A stretch of DNA of 64,000 nt. Source: an uncultured Gammaproteobacteria bacterium. GTDB lineage: Bacteria; Patescibacteriota; Microgenomatia; UBA1406; HO2-37-13b. Below the pieces are notes generated by a model. It saw nothing but the letters and a program-made list of their open reading frames with translations, ran no database searches and was not told where the DNA came from. The position numbers and the translations under genes are program-made. Of this stretch, positions 26,539 through 33,169 are shown piece after piece; position 1 is the stretch's first letter; each line of letters starts with the position of its first letter. The stretch is from positions 26,808 to 90,807 of the forward strand of contig CAYYYW010000001.1 of the NCBI GenBank assembly GCA_964476245.1. The letters are read 5' to 3'.

Positions 26539-27804
26539 ATGAAATCTCTTTTGAGCCGAATAATAATATTCAGTTCTTTCGTTTTGATTCTTGTTGCTCT
26601 TATAAGCTATGCTCGAGGCTATCGAATTAATTTTTCCAAAAAAACAATTACCCCCACCGGTATTTTAGTCGCTTCATCATATCCTGATGGGGCTAAAATT
26701 TATATAAACAACGAGCTTTCCGGAGCCACCAACTCAAATCTCACCCTCCCGCCGGGAAAATATCAGGTGGAAATTAAAAAAGACGGTTATTCATCGTGGA
26801 AGAGCAACCTGATAATTAAAGGTGAATTGGTGGTAAAAGTCGACGCCTTGCTTTTTCCGCAAAGTCCGTCGCTCTCTCCTATTACCTCTTTAGGAGTTAT
26901 TAAAGCTCAATTTTCTGAAATTAACAATAAGACTATTATTCTTTCTGAAAATGACGATGCGGAAAAAGACGGTATTTATCTTTTGGAAAACACCAAAAGA
27001 ACCCTTTCTATTTTTAATCCTTTAAAGCTTTTAGTCTTAAAGTCATCTTTTTTGGAAGATTTTGATTTAAAAGAAAGCGGCCTAAAATTTTCTCCCGATG
27101 GAAAACAAATTTCCTTTACTACACCAACCACGGCATATTTAATCTCAACCGAAGAACAAACATTGCAACCTTTTGACATCACCAATTCAAAAGAAACCAT
27201 CGATCAAGCCTGGGTAAGAGATGAAGAAAAAAATACCCAAAAGATTTTGGAAACCTTTAAAGATCCACTGCCCAAAATCGCTTCCGACTCGTTCAAGATT
27301 GTCAGTTTTTCTCCTGATGAATCAAAAATTTTATATCAGGCAACCAAACACACTCCCCTGCCCTTAATAATTAATCCACCTCTTATCGGCGCCAACCAAA
27401 CCCAAGAAGAACGAACTTTAAAAAAAGACAGTTTTTACGTTTACGATAAAAAAGAAGATAAGAATTATAAAATTGACCTAATTAATCTAATTGATCTAAT
27501 TCCTAAACAAATCCCAAATCCCAAATCCCAATTAGGTCAATTAGAAATTGGTAATTTTATAATTTGGTATCCTGACTCCCGTCATTTAGTCATTAACGAA
27601 AGCTCCTCCTTCGCCAAGGCTTCGGAGGGCAAGAAGCGGGTTTCAATTGTTGATTATGATGGAGAAAATAAACAGGCAGTCTATTCCGGGCCGTTCGAAC
27701 AAGAATTTGTTGCCGTCACCTCTGACGGTAAGTTATTGATTTTGGCCAATCTTAATCCCCAAACGAACAAATTGCCGGATGTGTATGCGGTGGGAATAAA
27801 ATAA
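26539..27804 (+). CDS. PEGA-domain protein with TolB-like beta-propeller C-terminal half
   Basis: 421 aa. N-terminal TM, PDGAKIYINNELSGATNSNLTLPPGKYQVEIKKDGYSSW (PEGA), then repeated SPDGK/SPDES/TSDGK blades. Carries two in-frame repeat inserts. Confidence 0.65.
   Translation: MKSLLSRIIIFSSFVLILVALISYARGYRINFSKKTITPTGILVASSYPDGAKIYINNELSGATNSNLTLPPGKYQVEIKKDGYSSWKSNLIIKGELVVKVDALLFPQSPSLSPITSLGVIKAQFSEINNKTIILSENDDAEKDGIYLLENTKRTLSIFNPLKLLVLKSSFLEDFDLKESGLKFSPDGKQISFTTPTTAYLISTEEQTLQPFDITNSKETIDQAWVRDEEKNTQKILETFKDPLPKIASDSFKIVSFSPDESKILYQATKHTPLPLIINPPLIGANQTQEERTLKKDSFYVYDKKEDKNYKIDLINLIDLIPKQIPNPKSQLGQLEIGNFIIWYPDSRHLVINESSSFAKASEGKKRVSIVDYDGENKQAVYSGPFEQEFVAVTSDGKLLILANLNPQTNKLPDVYAVGIK
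27478..27556. repeat. AT-rich hairpin of 8-bp units, in frame in the PEGA protein
   Basis: ctaattaatctaattgatctaatt ... (aatcccaa)n ... aattaggtcaattagaaattggtaatt. Translated as INLIDLIPKQIPNPKSQLGQLEIGNF. An adjacent GC-rich insert (27601..27639) encodes SSSFAKASEGKKR. Confidence 0.6.
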
Positions 27805-27815
27805 TTAGAAGTTTT

Positions 27816-28553
27816 TTACTCCACTGCTCTTCTCGCAAACACCAACAATCTTTTTAATGTTGTTCCCGGCGGCCAGCAGGTCTGAAGAGTTAAAAACTCA
27901 CGATTGGTTTTTTTAGTTAAAAATTCAACTTGGGATGGATCAACTATTCTCTTATCAATCACCTGATAAACCACTCTTTGTCCTTGATAAAAAAGATTAA
28001 CTTCGTCTCCTTTTTCCAGTTTGTAAAGGAGATAAAAAACAGCATTATAGGAACCTACATTCCAAAAATAATCGGTTGAATGAGCAAAAAGAAAAATATG
28101 TCCTCCTTCACCCGGAAAAGCTGTTCCCGCCGCGTGGGCTACGCCCTTTTTTAAAACCTCAAGATATTCTTTCTCGTCTCCCGCGTTAACATTCCCAGAA
28201 ACTTTAGCATTAGCCCCAATTTTAGGAATGACGATACTAAAATTCGGGTCTTGGGGAACTAAAATCTCAATTGACTTAATATTGAGAGCTTTAGCCAATA
28301 AGCCTTTCGGTTGAGTTTTATAAAGACTGTCTTTGGACAAAGACAGTCTTTGTTTATCTTCAACAATATATTTTTTTTCAAATTTCTTTTCTATAAAATA
28401 ACGTATTTCTTCTTTAGCTGGCAGGTAAAATGTCTTACCAATCATAAACAACGAGAGCAAAACCAAAAAATTCCCAATAGTGCGAAGGGTAAGGATTTTG
28501 AGAAACTCTGGTGTTGAGAAAGTTTTTTTGAGATGGTGAAGTGATTTTCGCAT
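27816..28553 (-). CDS. Sortase-family transpeptidase
   Basis: 245 aa. N-terminal TM, HIFLFAHS (His), TLQTCWPPG (catalytic Cys in the TLxTC motif), then a downstream Arg. Confidence 0.7.
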   Translation of the reverse strand: MRKSLHHLKKTFSTPEFLKILTLRTIGNFLVLLSLFMIGKTFYLPAKEEIRYFIEKKFEKKYIVEDKQRLSLSKDSLYKTQPKGLLAKALNIKSIEILVPQDPNFSIVIPKIGANAKVSGNVNAGDEKEYLEVLKKGVAHAAGTAFPGEGGHIFLFAHSTDYFWNVGSYNAVFYLLYKLEKGDEVNLFYQGQRVVYQVIDKRIVDPSQVEFLTKKTNREFLTLQTCWPPGTTLKRLLVFARRAVE

Positions 28554-28554
28554 G

Positions 28555-28626
28555 TACCTCCAGCAGGAATTGAACCTACATCAACCGCTTAGGACGCGGC
28601 TACTCTATCCGTTGAGCTATGGAGGC
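28555..28626 (-). tRNA. tRNA-Arg (anticodon CCT)
   Basis: The reverse complement GCCTCCATAGCTCAACGGATAGAGTAGCCGCGTCCTAAGCGGTTGATGTAGGTTCAATTCCTGCTGGAGGTA folds as a cloverleaf, with anticodon stem GCCGC/GCGGT and loop GTCCTAA. Confidence 0.8.
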
Positions 28627-28689
28627 TTTAGTAGTATTTTAACAAATTTTTTGCGTTGTGTGTTTCGTCTTACATGTTATAATAAGAAA

Positions 28690-29289
28690 ATGTTCATTGT
28701 TATTGAAGGTATTGATGGCGCCGGTTGCGAAACCCAGGCGCGGTTGGTTTATGAAAAGGTACGGACAGGACAATGTCCTGTCCCTACACATCTGATAAAA
28801 TATCCCGATTATCAAAAAAACATTGGCCCGTTGATTAAAGAATTTTTATATCAAAATAAAAATCTATCAGCCGAGGGACAATTTTTGCTCTATAGTCTGC
28901 AATTTGTTTTAGACAGAGAAGAGATTGCCAAACGCCGCAAAAACCAAATCGTTATTGCTGATCGTTATTTTACCAGTGCTCTCTGTTATCAAACCCTAGA
29001 AGGCATCAAGTTAAAAACCGCTCTTCGCTTTGCTGATGATTTCAAAATTGAAAAACCCGATCTGGTTTTTTATTTAAATGTCAGGCCGGAGATTGCTATC
29101 AAAAGAAAATCCGGAGAAGATAAAGAAAAAAACCGGCGGGAAAAAGATTTTCAGTTCATTAAAAAAACCTACCAACAATACCAAAAACTAATCAAAAATC
29201 AAGTCTGGACAGGATGGATTGATATAGATGGAGAAAGAGGGATTGACGAGATAGCGAAAGAGATTTATAATAAAATATTAAATCTTTAA
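28690..29289 (+). CDS. tmk: Thymidylate kinase
   Basis: MFIVIEGIDGAGCETQ (P-loop) ...ADRYFTSALCYQ. The track ORF start at 28552 reads through the antisense of tRNA-Arg, so ATG 28690 is taken as the start. Confidence 0.8.
   Translation: MFIVIEGIDGAGCETQARLVYEKVRTGQCPVPTHLIKYPDYQKNIGPLIKEFLYQNKNLSAEGQFLLYSLQFVLDREEIAKRRKNQIVIADRYFTSALCYQTLEGIKLKTALRFADDFKIEKPDLVFYLNVRPEIAIKRKSGEDKEKNRREKDFQFIKKTYQQYQKLIKNQVWTGWIDIDGERGIDEIAKEIYNKILNL
28759..28787. repeat. 29-bp palindrome GTACGGACAGGacaatgtCCTGTCCcTAC in frame in tmk
   Basis: Translated as VRTGQCPVPT. A sister copy at 54633..54661 on the other coding strand gives VRTGQRPVRT. Confidence 0.75.
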
Positions 29290-29330
29290 CAGTTTTTTTA
29301 ACATTTAACTGTTTAGTCTTTAATGTTTCT

Positions 29331-29912
29331 ATGGAAAGAACACTAATTATCCTCAAGCCCGACGCGGTTAAACGCGGATTAGTGGGAACAATTTTCGAAT
29401 ATTTTGAAAACGTTGGCTTAAAGCTTTTGACAGCTAAAATGGTCAAACCGGATCAGGAAGTAATAAAAAATCACTATCCGGGTACAAAAGAATGGATAAC
29501 GGAAATGGGACAAAAAACTTTAGCCAGCTTTAAACAATCTGGCGCCGATGTTAAAAAAACTTTGAAAACGGATGATCCTACCGTGCTTGGTCGATTTGTT
29601 TACGACCGTTTAATCAAGTATTGGATGGAGGGGCCTATTATTGTATCTGTTTGGGAAGGACCACACGCTATTGAAATTGCCAGAAAAATAAGAGGTCATA
29701 CTATTCCCTATTTATCTTCCCCTGGAACAATTCATGCTACATATTTGTATGATTCCTCTCTCCTTTCCACCAGCTTAAATCGGGTAGTCAAAACTTTTAT
29801 TCACGCATCAGGAGACGCTGCGGAAGCACAAAGGGAAATTAAATATTGGTTCGGGACGAACGAGTTTAGAAGTTATGAAAGAGAAGTTGATAAATTATAT
29901 CTTATTAAATAG
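29331..29912 (+). CDS. ndk: Nucleoside diphosphate kinase-like (long form), paralog 1
   Basis: 193 aa with ERTLIILKPDAVKRGLVGTIF...TFIHASGD (active-site His). About 45 aa longer than canonical NDK. Confidence 0.65.
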   Translation: MERTLIILKPDAVKRGLVGTIFEYFENVGLKLLTAKMVKPDQEVIKNHYPGTKEWITEMGQKTLASFKQSGADVKKTLKTDDPTVLGRFVYDRLIKYWMEGPIIVSVWEGPHAIEIARKIRGHTIPYLSSPGTIHATYLYDSSLLSTSLNRVVKTFIHASGDAAEAQREIKYWFGTNEFRSYEREVDKLYLIK

Positions 29913-29918
29913 TTCTTT

Positions 29919-29989
29919 CGTTAACGAGTTAACGTGTTAACGAGTTGATTATTTTTTTTAACTCGTTAAACCGCGAAACCCGTTAACCG
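29919..29989. repeat. Hairpin of 8-bp units (GTTAACGA)n between the two ndk paralogs
   Basis: cgttaacgagttaacgtgttaacgagttga ... taactcgttaaaccgcgaaacccgttaaccg. Confidence 0.6.
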
Positions 29990-30003
29990 AATAACACAGT
30001 TTT

Positions 30004-30591
30004 ATGAACAAACAAAGAGTATTAATTATAATAAAGCCCGACGCTGTTCAGCGAGGATTGATTGGTGAAATCTTAAAAAGGCTTGAACAAGTTGGCCTAA
30101 AAATTGTTGGCTTAAAATTTGTTTGGGCAACTCAAGATCAAGTAAAAAATCTTTATCCCGAAGCCGAGACTTGGTTTAAAAAGGTAGGAGAACGGACGTT
30201 AACTAATTATCAAAAGAAAGATCTTGATGCCAAAAAGATTTTAGGAACGGACAACCCTGTTGAAATCGGCAAATTAGTAAAACGCTGGTTAATTAATTAT
30301 CTTCAGGAATCCCCTATTCTTTGCGCCGCGCTTGAAGGACATGAAACCGTCGAAATTATCAGAAAAATTTGCGGCAACACCATTCCTCTTTTGGCCCCTC
30401 CTGGCACGATTCGTGGAGATTTTTCCCACGATAATATTGAATTGGCAAATGAAAATAAACGTCCGTTACGAAATGTCATTCATGCCTCGGATACAATCCA
30501 AGACGCAGAAAAAGAAATCAAGGTTTGGTTTACCGAAGATGAGTTATTTGAATATGAGCGGGCGGATGAAGAAATAATGTTTGGACCTTGA
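30004..30591 (+). CDS. ndk: Nucleoside diphosphate kinase-like (long form), paralog 2
   Basis: 195 aa with QRVLIIIKPDAVQRGLIGEIL...RNVIHASD. Confidence 0.7.
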   Translation: MNKQRVLIIIKPDAVQRGLIGEILKRLEQVGLKIVGLKFVWATQDQVKNLYPEAETWFKKVGERTLTNYQKKDLDAKKILGTDNPVEIGKLVKRWLINYLQESPILCAALEGHETVEIIRKICGNTIPLLAPPGTIRGDFSHDNIELANENKRPLRNVIHASDTIQDAEKEIKVWFTEDELFEYERADEEIMFGP

Positions 30592-30979
30592 TGTCATTCC
30601 GAGCGAAGCCTCGATTGAATCGGAGCGAAGTCGAGGAATCCCTTCTCTAATCTTCGCTCAGATCTTTCCATCCTGGATTTATTCTTCTAATAAGCCACTC
30701 TTTTTTTCTCTTCGCCAATTTTTCAGTTGTTTTTCTCGTACGATTGCGTCATTAATGCTCGAATATTGTTCAGAATAAACTAATTTTATGCAACTATATT
30801 TTTTGGAAAATCCATCGATTAAACCCTGTTTATGCTCATAAACTCGTCTTTGTAAATTATTTGTCACACCAAGATACAATGTTCCGCTTTTACTTGCCAT
30901 AAGATAGACATAATAGTTTTTTTTCATGAAAGGATTCCTCCACGCGTCCCGACATTCGTCGGGACTTGGTCGGAATGAC
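30592..30979. mobile_element. GIY-YIG gene enclosed by GTCATTCC...GGAATGAC inverted termini (candidate full-length member of the palindromic element family)
   Basis: Left end tGTCATTCCGAGCGAAGcctcgattgaatcggagcgaagTCGAGGAATCCC (30592..30642). Right end GGATTCCTCcacgcgtcccgacattcgtcgggacttggTCGGAATGAC (30932..30979). The unit exactly fills the gap between the stop codons of convergent genes (30591 and 30981). Confidence 0.55.
30679..30927 (-). CDS. GIY-YIG nuclease family protein (small, UPF0213-like)
   Basis: 82 aa with YYVYLMASKSGTLYLGVTNNLQRRVYEH...REKQLKNW, i.e. the GIY...YxG...R...E core. Confidence 0.8.
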   Translation of the reverse strand: MKKNYYVYLMASKSGTLYLGVTNNLQRRVYEHKQGLIDGFSKKYSCIKLVYSEQYSSINDAIVREKQLKNWRREKKSGLLEE

Positions 30980-30980
30980 G

Positions 30981-31547
30981 TTAGAGTATTTTCTTTATCA
31001 GCTTCTCAATCTTCCCATAAAACCTCCCCACATTAGAATTATTCATCAATGTATAATCCGCCAGTTCAATGCACTTCCCCACCTGCTGCCCAGATTTCTC
31101 TTGCCCAATACCAAAGTCACGTCTGTCTGTTTTATAAAAATCTCGCCAGGTTTTTGGATCCCAAGGCTTACCCCGCTGCAAAACTCTCTTAAAACGGATT
31201 TTTCTTTGGGCTTTCACTGCCACTAAAATAAAATTTTTTATCGTTCGTAAATATTTTACTTCGGCGGGGTTTCGAATTCCTGTAATCACCACCGGTCGTT
31301 TGTCGTTGTTTAAAATCTCAATCGCCCGCTTGGCTAAAACAGCATCGCCGTATTTTTTCCTAAGCTCATCGCCAATATCTTGAAGCGTTTTTCTGGTAAA
31401 TAAATCCACTCCTCTTTTTGTCAACTCCTGATGAAGAACCGTAGATAAAGAAAAGGTGCAAAAGCCGTATTTCTTAATTAAATACTCGGCAAAGACTTCT
31501 TTTCCGGCGGCAATCTGACCAACAACACCGATATAAATTTTTTTCAT
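30981..31547 (-). CDS. P-loop nucleotide kinase (dephospho-CoA kinase / dNMP kinase-like)
   Basis: 188 aa with IGVVGQIAAGKEVFAEYL (Walker A). Substrate not assignable from the sequence. Confidence 0.5.
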   Translation of the reverse strand: MKKIYIGVVGQIAAGKEVFAEYLIKKYGFCTFSLSTVLHQELTKRGVDLFTRKTLQDIGDELRKKYGDAVLAKRAIEILNNDKRPVVITGIRNPAEVKYLRTIKNFILVAVKAQRKIRFKRVLQRGKPWDPKTWRDFYKTDRRDFGIGQEKSGQQVGKCIELADYTLMNNSNVGRFYGKIEKLIKKIL

Positions 31548-31556
31548 ATTACTATC

Positions 31557-31569
31557 AACCTGTCAGGTT
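31557..31569. repeat. AACCTGTCAGGTT hairpin element
   Basis: Hairpin followed by GATTTTCGGAAGGCCATAACAATTT. Lies 10 nt from the start codon of 30981..31547 and directly after the prepilin peptidase stop. Confidence 0.6.
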
Positions 31570-31592
31570 GATTTTCGGAAGGCCATAACAAT

Positions 31593-32474
31593 TTAGAATC
31601 CGTAAATTTTATTGACAAATTCAAAAATCTCCTTTTGCCAGAAAAGCATAATTATTATACCAAGAACAAGAAACGGCCCGAAGGCAATTTTACTTTTTAA
31701 TTTTTTCTTTTTGGCTAACAATAAGATTAACCCCACTATTCCTCCTAAAACAAACCCAAAATACAAAGCCAAAAACCCTGCTTTTGCCCCCAAAAGAAAG
31801 CCCATATTAAAAGCTAATTTGACATCGCCAAAACCCATTCCCCGACCACCCGTAACAAGAAACAAAAATAGAATTGGAGTCAAAACCAACAATCCAGCAA
31901 TGTAACAATGTAACAATGTAACAATGTAACAATGTAACAATTGATTACCAATGCACCCTTGCTGAAAAATTTCCCCCAACTTTAATAATAAAATAAAGAC
32001 GAAGAAGGCAACCTGGATCGTATCCGGAATAATTTGATATTTTAAATCGGAGAAAAAGATGACAATGAGGCACGAAACTAAACCAAGCCTAATTGTCATC
32101 CCGAACAAGCGAAGCGCGTCGAGGGATCCCATTAAGGTTGAACCAAAATTAAAGATAAAGAGATTCCTCGACTCGGTCGCTAACGCTCCCTCGCTCGGAA
32201 TGACGGAGGTGGTAAAAACAAAAATAGCTCCCGTCATCAACTCTACCACCGGATACTGCCAGGAAATTTTTTTGCCACAATAACGACATTTTCCCTTAAG
32301 AAGAAAAAAAGAAACAATCGGAATTAAATCATACCAGGCCAACTGGTGACGACAGTGATTGCAGTAAGAGCGGCCGCCAATCCCTTCATTATTAGGCAGA
32401 CGGTCAATTAAAACATTTAAAAAGGAACCAATCCCAGCGCCGAAGATAAAAATTAAAAAATTAAGAAATATCAT
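31593..32474 (-). CDS. Prepilin peptidase (A24 family)
   Basis: 293 aa with CNHCRHQLAWYDLIPIVSFFLLKGKCRYCGKKISWQYPVVEL (Cys box) and GMGFGDVKL (Asp active site). Contains two repeat insertions. Confidence 0.8.
   Translation of the reverse strand: MIFLNFLIFIFGAGIGSFLNVLIDRLPNNEGIGGRSYCNHCRHQLAWYDLIPIVSFFLLKGKCRYCGKKISWQYPVVELMTGAIFVFTTSVIPSEGALATESRNLFIFNFGSTLMGSLDALRLFGMTIRLGLVSCLIVIFFSDLKYQIIPDTIQVAFFVFILLLKLGEIFQQGCIGNQLLHCYIVTLLHCYIAGLLVLTPILFLFLVTGGRGMGFGDVKLAFNMGFLLGAKAGFLALYFGFVLGGIVGLILLLAKKKKLKSKIAFGPFLVLGIIIMLFWQKEIFEFVNKIYGF
31898..31932. repeat. Tandem 8-bp repeat (CAATGTAA) x about 4.4 inside the prepilin peptidase CDS
   Basis: caatgtaacaatgtaacaatgtaacaatgtaacaa. Translated on the minus strand as LLHCYIVTLLHCYIA. 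The same 8-mer recurs at 56128..56149. Confidence 0.8.
32087..32196. repeat. GTCATCCC...GGAATGAC palindromic element in frame in the prepilin peptidase
   Basis: gtcatcccgaacaagcgaagcgcgtcgagggatccc ... gagattcctcgactcggtcgctaacgctccctcgctcggaatgac. Translated as SVIPSEGALATESRNLFIFNFGSTLMGSLDALRLFGMT. Confidence 0.75.
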
Positions 32475-32498
32475 TATTATTGATTATAGCATTAGCCA

Positions 32499-33137
32499 TC
32501 AGTTATTCGTTTGGTTAGAGAAAATGTTAGAAGTCTCTATATATGCATCCACATCAATCTCATCCCATAAATTTTCAGGAAGCCAAAGATTGCGAAAGTG
32601 ACGAAATTCATTAAATCCCACAGCTAAAATTTTTACCTGATAGCGTGACTTTAAAAGTTCTAAAGCAATAGTTTTGGGTTTACTGGAGTAATTAGTCTCC
32701 CCATAAATGATAATTGTTTTGTTACGATATTTAACTAATTCTTTAGTTAGGTTTTTTTTATCAAAATTTAACGCTCGTTTAATATAAGCCTTATTATAGC
32801 TTAACTTTTCTCTCAAATCAACTAAAACAAAATCATTGTTGTTATTTTTAATTAAATTAATCAAATCAACTGGATCAAGATAAACTTCTTTTTCTATTAG
32901 TAATACTTCTTTTATTTTATCAGAAGAAATAGTTTGTTTAAGACTGAGGTCTGGTTTTTTTTGTTGATTTTTACTAATAATTGAACTTTTAATCCTTAAA
33001 AAGAAAAAAATTAAGATAAAAACAACTAAAAAACTTAGCAAAAAAGGAAAAATAATATTTTTGAAAAGAAAATTATACTTGTGTTGTTTAGATTTAAAAA
33101 TTTTAATTTTTTTTAAGTTTTTCTTTTTTTTTGCCAT
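32499..33137 (-). CDS. Membrane-anchored rhodanese-like domain protein (no obvious catalytic Cys)
   Basis: 212 aa. N-terminal TM, then DFVLVDLREKLSYNKAYIKRALN...IIIYGE, a rhodanese-like layout. Confidence 0.5.
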   Translation of the reverse strand: MAKKKKNLKKIKIFKSKQHKYNFLFKNIIFPFLLSFLVVFILIFFFLRIKSSIISKNQQKKPDLSLKQTISSDKIKEVLLIEKEVYLDPVDLINLIKNNNNDFVLVDLREKLSYNKAYIKRALNFDKKNLTKELVKYRNKTIIIYGETNYSSKPKTIALELLKSRYQVKILAVGFNEFRHFRNLWLPENLWDEIDVDAYIETSNIFSNQTNN

Positions 33138-33169
33138 TTTTTAAAATTAATATAAATTATAAATTTTCT

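Noticed and set aside
28552-28689. N-terminal 46 codons of track ORF 28552..29289
   Set aside because: This stretch is the antisense of tRNA-Arg (MYLQQELNLHQPLRTRLLYPLSYGG is a typical tRNA read-through peptide). The real tmk start is the ATG at 28690, directly before the P-loop.
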